From positions 1 to 35,971 of the IMG/VR virus record IMGVR_UViG_3300032314_000102: a stretch of DNA of 35,971 nt; one strand, given 5' to 3'. A program made the translations under genes and the position numbers. This document shows, in pieces, positions 19,134 to 27,650 of this stretch; position 1 is the stretch's first letter; each line of letters begins with the position of its first letter. The notes beneath the pieces are model-generated. The model was not told the origin of the DNA. It saw only the letters and a list, made by a program, of their open reading frames with translations, and did not search any database. The stretch is from a virus (taxonomy: Duplodnaviria > Caudoviricetes).

Positions 19134-21494
19134 ATGCCAACAATCAATTATGAAAATCCTAATCAAATTACTTTAGTCATTGACAAAGGAACTGCTGGAC
19201 CGGCTGGAGCAACAGGAGCATCTGGATATTCTGGTTTCTCAGGGTTCTCGGGCTATAGTGGTTTAAATGGCAATGCTCAAAGTGGTGTATCAGGCTATAG
19301 TGGTTATTCGGGCTTTAGTGGGGCTACAGGAGCTTCTGGAACATCAGGCTATAGTGGCTACTCAGGAAGTGGCATATCAGGCTTCTCAGGCTTTTCTGGG
19401 GCTTCTGGTTCAGGCACATCAGGATATTCTGGCTTTTCAGGACAATCTGGAGCAAGTGGATATTCTGGTCAGGTTGGTGCATCTGGCACAAGCGGATATT
19501 CTGGATATAGTGGAATTGGTGTAAGTGGCTATTCAGGATTTTCAGGAGCACAAGGCACATCAGGATTTAGCGGTTATTCTGGTCAAAATGGACAATCTGG
19601 CATTTCTGGTTTTAGTGGTCAAGATGGTGCTTCTGGTATATCTGGTTTTTCTGGGGAATCTGGCATTAGTGGCTATAGCGGATTTTCTGGCTATAGTGGT
19701 CAGCAAGGCACATCAATTAATATTCTTGGCACAGTACCAACACCAGAAGATTTACCTACAACTGGCAATTTAAATGATGGTTATATTGTTGAATCAAATG
19801 GTGATCTGTATATATGGACAGGATCATCATGGACTGATGTTGGACAAATAGTTGGTCCGGCTGGTCAAAGTGGAATTAGTGGTTTTTCAGGTTTCTCTGG
19901 TGAATCTGGAATTAGTGGTTTCTCAGGATATTCTGGCGAATCAATACAAGGCGAATCTGGCTATAGTGGCTATTCAGGACAAGATGGACAGTCTGGTTAT
20001 AGTGGCTATTCAGGTCAAGATGGGCAATCAGGATTCTCAGGCGAATCAGGATATAGTGGATTTTCTGGTCAAGATGGATTAAGTGGTTTTTCAGGCGAAT
20101 CAGGCACTTCTGGTTTTTCTGGCTACTCTGGTGATTCTGGTATTTCTGGCTACTCAGGATTTAGTGGCGATTCTGGTATTAGTGGTTTCTCTGGTTTTTC
20201 AGGGGATTCTGGAATCTCTGGATTTAGTGGCGATTCTGGCATAAGTGGATTCTCTGGCTATTCTGGCGATAGTGGCATTTCTGGATTTTCTGGCATATCA
20301 GGATATTCTGGAATTAATGGTCTAAGTGGTTATTCAGGTCAAAATGGACAATCTGGAATTTCTGGCTTTAGTGGAATTTCTGGATGGTCTGGACAATCAG
20401 GTTTCTCAGGCGAATCTGGAATAAGTGGATTTTCAGGATATAGTGGTATATCAGGATATTCTGGTTTTAGTGGTGATTCAGGCATATCTGGATATAGTGG
20501 ATTTAGTGGAGAGCGCGGATTATCTTCAAGTTATTTTCAATATCAAGCAAGAGCAAATATACAATCTGGTTATCCGGGTAATGGAAATATTCTTTGGAAT
20601 AATTCAACTCAAATAGATGCTACTGCAATTAATGTTTCACATCTAACATCGAATAATATTGATATTGATATTTATTTATCATTATTGTCCAATGGTGAAC
20701 AATTTGTAATTCAAGATTCAAACTCAAGTGCCAATAATCAAGTTTGGACAATTTCTGGAACTCCAACTGTTACTAATGCTGGTACATCTACTGCCTATTG
20801 GACTTATCCAGTAACTTTGGTATCAAGCTCTGGAACTGGAACAACAAACTTTTCAAATACAAGTAATTTAATTTTTGCACTTGTTAATGGTGTATCAGGT
20901 TATTCAGGCTATTCTGGATATTCAGGGTTTAGTGGCTATAGTGGATTGTCAGGATTTAGTGGCATTAATGGCGCATCTGGATTTAGTGGCTATTCTGGTG
21001 CTGTAGGTGCAAGTGGTATATCAGGTTATTCAGGCTATTCAGGATCAGGTGTATCTGGTTATTCTGGTTTCTCAGGCATTAATGGGACATCTGGTATTAG
21101 TGGATTCTCTGGTGCAAATGGAGCATCAGGCTTTAGTGGCTATTCGGGTGCAACAGGGGCAACAGGGACATCAGGGTTTAGTGGCTATAGTGGGGCAACT
21201 GGAGCAACAGGACTGTCTGGATTCTCAGGCTACTCTGGAGCACAAGGCACATCAGGCTACTCAGGCTATAGTGGTAATGCAACTGGATTAATTTATGATG
21301 TATTTACTGCTACTGCATCGCAAACAACATTTACAACTTCCGTAACATATTCTTCTGGCAAAATTGAAGTATTTGCCAATGGAGTTAAAATGCGAAATGG
21401 AAGTGATGTAACAGTAACAAGTGGAACATCGGTAGTATTTGCAACTGGTTTAACATCAGGAACATTGGTAGATTTAGTCTATCCAAGACCATAA
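19134..21494 (+). CDS. Collagen-like (Ser-Gly-X)n repeat fibre protein
   Basis: Three long tracts with Gly at every third residue (SGYSGFSG...), separated by globular inserts, with a C-terminal beta domain. Confidence 0.85.
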   Translation: MPTINYENPNQITLVIDKGTAGPAGATGASGYSGFSGFSGYSGLNGNAQSGVSGYSGYSGFSGATGASGTSGYSGYSGSGISGFSGFSGASGSGTSGYSGFSGQSGASGYSGQVGASGTSGYSGYSGIGVSGYSGFSGAQGTSGFSGYSGQNGQSGISGFSGQDGASGISGFSGESGISGYSGFSGYSGQQGTSINILGTVPTPEDLPTTGNLNDGYIVESNGDLYIWTGSSWTDVGQIVGPAGQSGISGFSGFSGESGISGFSGYSGESIQGESGYSGYSGQDGQSGYSGYSGQDGQSGFSGESGYSGFSGQDGLSGFSGESGTSGFSGYSGDSGISGYSGFSGDSGISGFSGFSGDSGISGFSGDSGISGFSGYSGDSGISGFSGISGYSGINGLSGYSGQNGQSGISGFSGISGWSGQSGFSGESGISGFSGYSGISGYSGFSGDSGISGYSGFSGERGLSSSYFQYQARANIQSGYPGNGNILWNNSTQIDATAINVSHLTSNNIDIDIYLSLLSNGEQFVIQDSNSSANNQVWTISGTPTVTNAGTSTAYWTYPVTLVSSSGTGTTNFSNTSNLIFALVNGVSGYSGYSGYSGFSGYSGLSGFSGINGASGFSGYSGAVGASGISGYSGYSGSGVSGYSGFSGINGTSGISGFSGANGASGFSGYSGATGATGTSGFSGYSGATGATGLSGFSGYSGAQGTSGYSGYSGNATGLIYDVFTATASQTTFTTSVTYSSGKIEVFANGVKMRNGSDVTVTSGTSVVFATGLTSGTLVDLVYPRP

Positions 21495-21510
21495 TATATG
21501 ATAGGACAAG

Positions 21511-22179
21511 ATGAAAACACTATATGGATTAGATATAGCAACACAATGGGAACAAATACTTGAGCTTCATGTTTTAAATTTAGCAAAGGAACATCATCCT
21601 GAATGGTATCGTTGGCGATTAACCAACAACTATGAAAGGGCGGTGTTCCTAAAAGGTGATCCAGTATTTCCTAGAGAAACAACTAGGTATCTTTGGGCTA
21701 ATCAAAATCTGCTAGGCAACTCGATATTAGAAGTGGGATGCTCCACAGGATATGGCTGTCAATTCTTTTCAAATCAAATTGAATACACAGGATTAGACTA
21801 TGATTCAATTATTGTCGAGGTAGCTAAAGAGCAAAATTGGGGCAAGCATAGGCACTTTGATCAAGCAGACATCAATACTTATGCCCTAGATCAATACGAC
21901 ACTATCATTGCTTTTGAAGTAATTGAGCACCTTGATAATGGATTAGATGTTGTAAAAAAGCTACAAAATCATTGTAAAAGACTACTTATTACAGTTCCAC
22001 ACGATGAGCCAAAAGGTTTTTGGGGTGAGCATCACAAACTACATGGGCTTACAGAAGCAGACTTTCCAGATTTTACTTTTGCCTATATCAATGAGCATGG
22101 CAAAGTATCAGATGTGATGCAAGAAGTTACACCTGAAAATAGATGCAATCTAATGCTTTGTAGGTGGGACAATGCCTAA
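21511..22179 (+). CDS. Class I SAM-dependent methyltransferase
   Basis: ILEVGCSTGYG motif I, YTGLD, YDTIIAFEVIEHL and LITVP. Confidence 0.9.
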   Translation: MKTLYGLDIATQWEQILELHVLNLAKEHHPEWYRWRLTNNYERAVFLKGDPVFPRETTRYLWANQNLLGNSILEVGCSTGYGCQFFSNQIEYTGLDYDSIIVEVAKEQNWGKHRHFDQADINTYALDQYDTIIAFEVIEHLDNGLDVVKKLQNHCKRLLITVPHDEPKGFWGEHHKLHGLTEADFPDFTFAYINEHGKVSDVMQEVTPENRCNLMLCRWDNA

Positions 22180-23143
22180 AGTATTATGTTCTGTAGCAAC
22201 TAGGGGCAGATATTTTACAACTTTACCCTTAGTTTTAAATGCCATTATTAATCAAACAAGATTACCAGATAAGCTGGTGATATTTGATGACAATGATGAG
22301 CCACAAGATATGCGAAAAGAGCCTATGTACCAGCACTTTTTCCAAATTCTTGATTACAAAAAAATTGCTTGGGAATGGTTATTTGCTGAGAAAAAAGGTC
22401 AGCACCATATACATCAAAAAGCAAATGAGTTTGGCTATGAATGGGTTTGGCGATGCGATGATGATGCAATCCCAGAGCCAGATGTATTAGGAAATTTACT
22501 TGCTTATACTGAAATAGATAAAGTTGGTGCAGTAGGTGGATCAATACTTACTATGCCAAATATCTTTGATGCTTCCAAATCCACAGGAAAAATTGCTGAT
22601 ATTGATTTTGAGCCCAATATCCAATGGGGCATTATTAAGCATTCCAAAGAAGTAGAGCATTTGCATTGTTCATTTTTATATCGTGCTGGAGTGCATGACT
22701 ACAATCTAGGACTTTCTAGAGTGGCTCATAGGGAAGAAACTTTATTTACTTATGGACTGCATCAAAAAGGATATAAGGTTATTGTTGCTCCTCATGCCAT
22801 TACTTGGCATTTTAAAAACCCAGAAGGGGGAATTAGAAGTGAAACCAACCAAGAAATGTTCGCCCATGATGAAGCTATTTTTAGAAATATTGTTGGACTT
22901 TCTGATTCAACCATTGTTGTTCTTAATTCTGGCATTGGTGACCATATCGTTTTCAATCATATACTTCCTGAAATTCCTAATCCAGTTATTTTTACTTGCT
23001 ATCCTGAAATTGTTGCCGGAAGGTCAATAGCAGAAGCCAAGCATTTATTTGGTGATATTGACCAATGGAACATTTATAAAAAGATGTGCCAATGGGATTG
23101 GAAAGATAGTTTAGAAAATGCCTACAGGAAAATGTATTTATGA
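22172..23143 (+). CDS. GT2 (GT-A) glycosyltransferase with a C-terminal GT9-like N-half
   Basis: AIINQT..PD.LVIFDD, WVWRCDDD (DxD), GAVGG and REET. C-terminal VVLNSGIGDHI motif. Confidence 0.85.
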   Translation: MPKVLCSVATRGRYFTTLPLVLNAIINQTRLPDKLVIFDDNDEPQDMRKEPMYQHFFQILDYKKIAWEWLFAEKKGQHHIHQKANEFGYEWVWRCDDDAIPEPDVLGNLLAYTEIDKVGAVGGSILTMPNIFDASKSTGKIADIDFEPNIQWGIIKHSKEVEHLHCSFLYRAGVHDYNLGLSRVAHREETLFTYGLHQKGYKVIVAPHAITWHFKNPEGGIRSETNQEMFAHDEAIFRNIVGLSDSTIVVLNSGIGDHIVFNHILPEIPNPVIFTCYPEIVAGRSIAEAKHLFGDIDQWNIYKKMCQWDWKDSLENAYRKMYL

Positions 23144-23580
23144 TAATCATTCATCCTTATGCCAAAGCCCTTGTAAATGGGAAAAGAAATCCCAAAAATT
23201 ACCCATATTGGAAAGAACTAATTGAGCTTATAGATGAGCCTATTATTCAGATTGGAGTAGAAGGCGAAGAACAGTTAGTAGATGATTTCAGAAAAAATTT
23301 GCCCATTACAGAATTATGTAATTTATTACAAGAGTGCAAAACTTGGATTGGGATAGATAGCTTTTTTCAGCATTTGGCATGGAGCAAAAACAAAAAAGGA
23401 ATTGTTCTTTGGTCTGTATCCGATCCATTAATATTTGGGCATATAGATAATATAAACCTATTAAAAAGTAGGGATTATTTGGCTAAAAATCAGTTCTTAT
23501 GGTGGGATTTTACTGAGCATAATAATGATGCTTTTGTAAAACCAGAAGAAGTGATAAAATTCCTTGACCAGATAATATAA
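23140..23580 (+). CDS. GT9 (heptosyltransferase-like, GT-B) C-terminal domain protein
   Basis: IIIHP...KNYPYWKELI, IIQIG and IGIDSFFQHLA motifs. Confidence 0.75.
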   Translation: MIIIHPYAKALVNGKRNPKNYPYWKELIELIDEPIIQIGVEGEEQLVDDFRKNLPITELCNLLQECKTWIGIDSFFQHLAWSKNKKGIVLWSVSDPLIFGHIDNINLLKSRDYLAKNQFLWWDFTEHNNDAFVKPEEVIKFLDQII

Positions 23581-23612
23581 GATTAATTAACCCATTAATA
23601 TCTGGAACTGCT

Positions 23613-23861
23613 ATGGCTTTAAATCAAATCGAAAAAGAAGAATTAGTAGCCCTTCTTAAAGAAGTAATTTCTGAAGCTGTTGAACAGCATCCTTTATCAG
23701 ACGATGAAATTAAATGGGTTCGATTGGCAATAGAAGCAGAAGCAAAAAGAGCCGCATTTAGAAAAGCTGTTATTGAAAAAACCTTTATTGGTTTATTAAG
23801 TTCAGCGGCAATTGCATTGGTTATGTATGGTTTAGAACTATTTAAAGTGCATTGGAAATAA
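23613..23861 (+). CDS. Small membrane protein in the lysis region (holin/antiholin-like)
   Basis: Charged N-terminus plus one C-terminal hydrophobic helix, at the start of the lysis cassette. Confidence 0.5.
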   Translation: MALNQIEKEELVALLKEVISEAVEQHPLSDDEIKWVRLAIEAEAKRAAFRKAVIEKTFIGLLSSAAIALVMYGLELFKVHWK

Positions 23862-23862
23862 T

Positions 23863-24264
23863 ATGTTTGGTATAGATGACATTATCAATGTAGGAATGAA
23901 GATTTTAGATAAAGTCATTCCAGATCCAACTGCCAAAGCAGAAGCACAAGCAAAGTTATTAGAGTTGCAACAGCAAGGAAGATTGGCAGAACTTCAAGCT
24001 GATTCAGTAGAAGCCCAAGAGCTAACAAAACGACAAAGTGCTGATATGGCATCTGATAGCTGGCTTTCTAAAAATATTAGACCCATGACCCTTATAGCCA
24101 TTCTTGCTGGATATTTTGTATTTGCTATGATGTCTGCATTTCAAATGGACACCAATACCAAATATGTAGAATTGCTTGGTCAATGGGGTATGTTGATTAT
24201 GTCCTTTTACTTTGGTGGCAGAACACTAGAGAAAATCATAGATATGAAAGAAAAAAACAAGTGA
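23863..24264 (+). CDS. Holin (3TM, GTA-holin-like)
   Basis: LDKVIPDP..KA.A, SDSWLSKNIRP and YFGGRTLEK motifs with hydrophobic helices. Confidence 0.8.
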   Translation: MFGIDDIINVGMKILDKVIPDPTAKAEAQAKLLELQQQGRLAELQADSVEAQELTKRQSADMASDSWLSKNIRPMTLIAILAGYFVFAMMSAFQMDTNTKYVELLGQWGMLIMSFYFGGRTLEKIIDMKEKNK

Positions 24265-24476
24265 ACAAAGAGCAGTTAAATGCTTCAATTACACTTGTGG
24301 CTTGTGCTACTTTAGCCATCATCCTTCTTAGCATGGTTGGTGTTTTGCTTATAGGGCTTTTTAACTCAGCAATAGATAACACCAAGATTTTTGAAGCAAT
24401 TACACCAGCTTTCCAGACGATTGTGGGTGGGTTTATAGGGCTGATAACTGGTATCAAAATTGGATCAGATGAATGA
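24261..24476 (+). CDS. Two-TM small membrane protein
   Basis: GTG start overlapping the holin stop (GTGA), two hydrophobic segments, PAFQTIVGGFIGL. Confidence 0.6.
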   Translation: MNKEQLNASITLVACATLAIILLSMVGVLLIGLFNSAIDNTKIFEAITPAFQTIVGGFIGLITGIKIGSDE

Positions 24477-25069
24477 CAAGTGAGCAATTAGCAAAACTAG
24501 GTATTAACCCTGATTGGTTGCCTTGGATTCAAAAAACTTGTGATAGATATTCAATCAACAATACAGTTCGCCAAGCCGCATTTCTTGGTCAATGTATGCA
24601 TGAATCAGCTAATTTCAAAATATTGCAAGAAAACCTAAATTATTCAGCAAATGGTTTAAAGGCTGTATGGGGTTCAAGATTTCCTTCTGATGAAATTGCT
24701 AATAAATATGCAAGGCATCCAGATATGATTGCCAACAAAGTCTATGCAAATCGTATGGGCAATGGTGATGAAGAATCTGGTGATGGCTGGAAATACAGGG
24801 GCAGAGGGCTTATTCAATGCACAGGCAAGGATTTATACAAAACCTTATCAGATGCCCTTAATATTGATTTAATCGCTGATCCAGACCTTTTGACAGAAAT
24901 GCCTTATGCCAGTATGTCTGCTGGCTGGTTTTGGAATAAGAAGGGTTTAAATGCCCTTGCAGATGCCAAAGACTACAAAGAGATGACTAAGCGAATAAAT
25001 GGTGGTTTTAATGGCTTGGATGATCGAATTGTCAAAATCAACAAAGCAATGCAAGTATTGACAGCCTGA
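24473..25069 (+). CDS. Endolysin, glycoside hydrolase family 19
   Basis: AAFLGQCMHES, ENLNYS, YANRMGNG, DGWKYRGRGLIQ.TG and TKRINGG.NGLDDR. Confidence 0.95.
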   Translation: MTSEQLAKLGINPDWLPWIQKTCDRYSINNTVRQAAFLGQCMHESANFKILQENLNYSANGLKAVWGSRFPSDEIANKYARHPDMIANKVYANRMGNGDEESGDGWKYRGRGLIQCTGKDLYKTLSDALNIDLIADPDLLTEMPYASMSAGWFWNKKGLNALADAKDYKEMTKRINGGFNGLDDRIVKINKAMQVLTA

Positions 25070-25129
25070 TAGGAATATTCTGGGCTGTCAGCAGAATCGT
25101 GAAGTGTTAGTCCTATCTGCTAAACAGCA

Positions 25130-25387
25130 TTAAAAAGGTATATCTTCTTCAATTCCACCCAATCCAGCACCATTAGGCACAGGATTACCAGCACCAGATT
25201 CTTTTGGCTTTGGCTCTGCTAAAGAAATCCAACCATCCCAAGACACAGGGATAGCTTCTAATTTGATAGCTAACCCACCTTGTTTGGTATCAACACAAAC
25301 ACCAATCTTTTGCCACCGATTTTTTTCATTGCCCATTTTATCGGTATATGTGCCATTTTTGACGATGCAATCATATTTAATGCCCAT
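25130..25387 (-). CDS. ssb: Short single-stranded DNA-binding protein
   Basis: Y.D..G.EK.RW..IG OB-like N-terminus and acidic C-terminal tail EEDIPF. Confidence 0.75.
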   Translation of the reverse strand: MGIKYDCIVKNGTYTDKMGNEKNRWQKIGVCVDTKQGGLAIKLEAIPVSWDGWISLAEPKPKESGAGNPVPNGAGLGGIEEDIPF

Positions 25388-26063
25388 AACTTCTCTCTTT
25401 CAATTGTGTATAAACTTGTTTAACTTCTTCTAAAAATTGCTTAACTTCTGCTTCTATTTCCTGAATATATGCTTCATCCCGATTCAGGCGAACTACAAAC
25501 AACTGCAATTCAGGTGGCAGTCTAGGATCAAATGATACAAAATCACACCATTTAGACCCTGTACAAGCCATTTGAGTTTGCATTTGTGGGACATACTTTG
25601 CTGGGGGAATTCCAGCCAATAGATAATCTATATGATTTGCAGTATTAGGGCATTTAATTTCCATTAGCCCATCACCCACTAAACCATCTGGACTACAGCC
25701 AAACCATTCAATTGTAGGATGGTTGCAAAAAGCAATCTGATCCACAAATACCCCAGAATAGGCTTCATAAGCCATTCTAGCCAATGGCTCTGTTTCTGTA
25801 CCCCATTGCATAGCTGAACTGCTAAAACTGCTTGTGGGCAGTCCTGTAAGCCTTTCTACCACCAAATCCATCTTATAGTTTCTTCTACTGGCAGATTCAC
25901 CAGATTTTATTTTGCTCATGACATCAGAAACTCGGCTGGCTGTCACTTTGCCAAGCCGAAGTTGTTTCCATTCATCTGTACCCTGTTGAACTGATAAATC
26001 AACTATTCCAGCAAATGGGATGGGTTCAGCATTAATTCTATCTTCCGTTATAAAGGTGGTCAT
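25377..26063 (-). CDS. YqaJ / lambda-exonuclease family exonuclease
   Basis: QGTDEW...RLGKVTAS, AMQWG...EP.AR, SPDGLV, EIKCP and QMQ.QM..T...WCDFVSFDPR. Confidence 0.95.
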   Translation of the reverse strand: MTTFITEDRINAEPIPFAGIVDLSVQQGTDEWKQLRLGKVTASRVSDVMSKIKSGESASRRNYKMDLVVERLTGLPTSSFSSSAMQWGTETEPLARMAYEAYSGVFVDQIAFCNHPTIEWFGCSPDGLVGDGLMEIKCPNTANHIDYLLAGIPPAKYVPQMQTQMACTGSKWCDFVSFDPRLPPELQLFVVRLNRDEAYIQEIEAEVKQFLEEVKQVYTQLKERSYGH

Positions 26064-26220
26064 ATTGTTTTATCGTTTCCTGTAATTGTTTTGCATATTC
26101 TGATGCCGCTTCTGCCGCTTTGCTTGCTCCTACCCAATCGCTTTTTAAACAAAGCAAATGACAATTTTTAATGGCACATTGAGTGTCTAGGTAAAGTTCT
26201 GAATAATCTTTTGTTTGCAT
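26038..26220 (-). CDS. Hypothetical protein
   Basis: 60 aa ORF in the tightly packed early operon. Confidence 0.6.
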   Translation of the reverse strand: MQTKDYSELYLDTQCAIKNCHLLCLKSDWVGASKAAEAASEYAKQLQETIKQYDHLYNGR

Positions 26221-26420
26221 GGTTTCTTACTGTTAGTTGATAGGTAAATGGCTTCTTGAGGGTTGCATCTATTTTGTTTTTGCATTTCCATTGAATATAC
26301 AAAATCGCAATCATCACAAACCGAAACAACTTCATGTGCATAATTTCTTGCTTCTACCCATGATTTGTATTGCAGTCTAGATTCAAAACAAATTGGATAC
26401 CACTCATTCTGCATCATCAT
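26187..26420 (-). CDS. Hypothetical Cys-rich protein
   Basis: P.CF.S..QY..W, C.DC and RC motif. Confidence 0.6.
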   Translation of the reverse strand: MMMQNEWYPICFESRLQYKSWVEARNYAHEVVSVCDDCDFVYSMEMQKQNRCNPQEAIYLSTNSKKPCKQKIIQNFT

Positions 26421-26625
26421 CAGGCATAGGAATATGTTGGTTCTGATGAATTAGCTGAGTATCTTCCAATTCTGATTGCTCCCATTTGGTCATAAATTCT
26501 TTGGACAAAGTGTTTATTGCCGCCATCCAACCCATTTCAAAATATTCTTCAGGTGCATAGACAGCTTTTGGTATCTTGTCAAATTCCTGTTGTGCAAATG
26601 GATTCATACTTTTTGCTTTCGCCAA
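26404..26625 (-). CDS. Hypothetical protein
   Basis: 73 aa ORF in the operon. Confidence 0.55.
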   Translation of the reverse strand: MAKAKSMNPFAQQEFDKIPKAVYAPEEYFEMGWMAAINTLSKEFMTKWEQSELEDTQLIHQNQHIPMPDDDAE

Positions 26626-26816
26626 ATTTGTTGCACTTTAGGATCAATAAATATAGCATCAGAATCTTCAAGTGTCTTATTGAATTTTGATTTAAAATCA
26701 GCCCACTTCTTTTTGTAAAACTCTTGCTCACTTGCTGGAACATAACCATAAATTTTTTTCCAGCGTAGAGTAATGTCTGTGCTTGCTGGGGTATAAATAT
26801 AATCATTGTTTAACAT
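26604..26816 (-). CDS. Hypothetical protein
   Basis: Start moved to MLNNDYIYTP, which has an AGGAG RBS. Confidence 0.6.
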   Translation of the reverse strand: MLNNDYIYTPASTDITLRWKKIYGYVPASEQEFYKKKWADFKSKFNKTLEDSDAIFIDPKVQQIWRKQKV

Positions 26817-26955
26817 TTTTACTCCTATAGTGTTGATCGGATTGTCTTTTAATACAAACTCCACATTTCCAAACTTTTGTCTTATTTCTTAAAACTAATT
26901 TAAAACTTTTTGCTTCTCTTTCTACTTGACAGCTAACACAAAACTTCTTTTCCAT
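26803..26955 (-). CDS. Small zinc-ribbon protein, 50 aa (not in the ORF track)
   Basis: MEKKFCVSCQ...WKCGVC with two CxxC pairs. Confidence 0.65.
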   Translation of the reverse strand: MEKKFCVSCQVEREAKSFKLVLRNKTKVWKCGVCIKRQSDQHYRSKNVKQ

Positions 26956-27130
26956 CCCAACCTACTTTCAAGTATTTATACTCTGCCGCATCAATTACAG
27001 CAGTCATTTTTTTGCATACATCACAAGAATCTATCCAAACCCGATAGTCATGATATTTGGGTTTCTCTTGACCCCATTTAGATCCACAATCAAAACAAAC
27101 ATTATCAGGTTGTTCTTGTGCTAGTCGCAT
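26933..27130 (-). CDS. Small zinc-finger protein
   Basis: CFDCG..WG and CDVC. Confidence 0.65.
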   Translation of the reverse strand: MRLAQEQPDNVCFDCGSKWGQEKPKYHDYRVWIDSCDVCKKMTAVIDAAEYKYLKVGWDGKEVLC

Positions 27131-27650
27131 TTAGCTCTGCCTTTTTCTTTTCATAGATTGGTTGAATTTGCTCTTTTTGTTTCTTAGTTTTCAACTCAGC
27201 CCATGCAAGACCAAAGACAGCTTTAAGTTCATCGGCAGTTTTACAGCCTTCTAACTGAGCAATTATTTTATCAGTAGGCGAATCTTCTGGTTCATCCCAG
27301 AATTCATCACCAGCATATAAGGATAAACCAATTCCATGTAAAGCAATAGCCTTTACTAAACAGCGCTTCATAGCATTGTTTATTTGCATAGAATTTGGGT
27401 TAGTGATTGCTTTGTTTGCTCCATCAATTACAGGCAAATATTCAGTCATTTCTTTGCCAAAAGCAGTAACAGAACAATTGACCATTACAGTATCATTAAA
27501 ATGAATGACATCACCATAAAACCAAGTGGCTTCTGGGTCATGTTGCAACAATGTATCTACTGCATAAGTCCAAGGCAAATAATTAAACCTACCCTTTTTT
27601 CTTACTTCACCAGATACATCTATAGTTCTAAGTTCTTTATATTTGCTCAT
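27105..27650 (-). CDS. Single-strand annealing protein, Sak3/DUF1071-like
   Basis: KKG.FNYLPW.YA, LPV.D..N, IN.AM.RCLVKAIALHGIGL.LYAGD motifs. Confidence 0.85.
   Translation of the reverse strand: MSKYKELRTIDVSGEVRKKGRFNYLPWTYAVDTLLQHDPEATWFYGDVIHFNDTVMVNCSVTAFGKEMTEYLPVIDGANKAITNPNSMQINNAMKRCLVKAIALHGIGLSLYAGDEFWDEPEDSPTDKIIAQLEGCKTADELKAVFGLAWAELKTKKQKEQIQPIYEKKKAELNATSTRTT

Noticed and set aside
19190-21280. Repeat tract as a CRISPR array, or as DGR template/variable repeats
   Set aside because: The repeats are in-frame tripeptide codons with synonymous variation, not constant repeats with spacers. There is no reverse transcriptase and no adenine-specific repeat pair.
19267-21291. Alternative-frame ORFs inside the SGX fibre gene
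   Set aside because: They are by-products of the periodic codon pattern, with no RBS and no recognisable motifs.
3720-23590. AAGAYA motif in several late intergenic gaps (~3731, ~8447, ~18574, ~23579)
   Set aside because: It is too short and AT-rich to separate from background by eye.
25059-25128. HDV-like or hammerhead ribozyme call (TTCACG on the - strand resembles an HDV L3 loop)
   Set aside because: I could not build a P3 stem or the nested double pseudoknot, and there is no CUGANGA/GAAA core. Kept only as an unnamed structured element.
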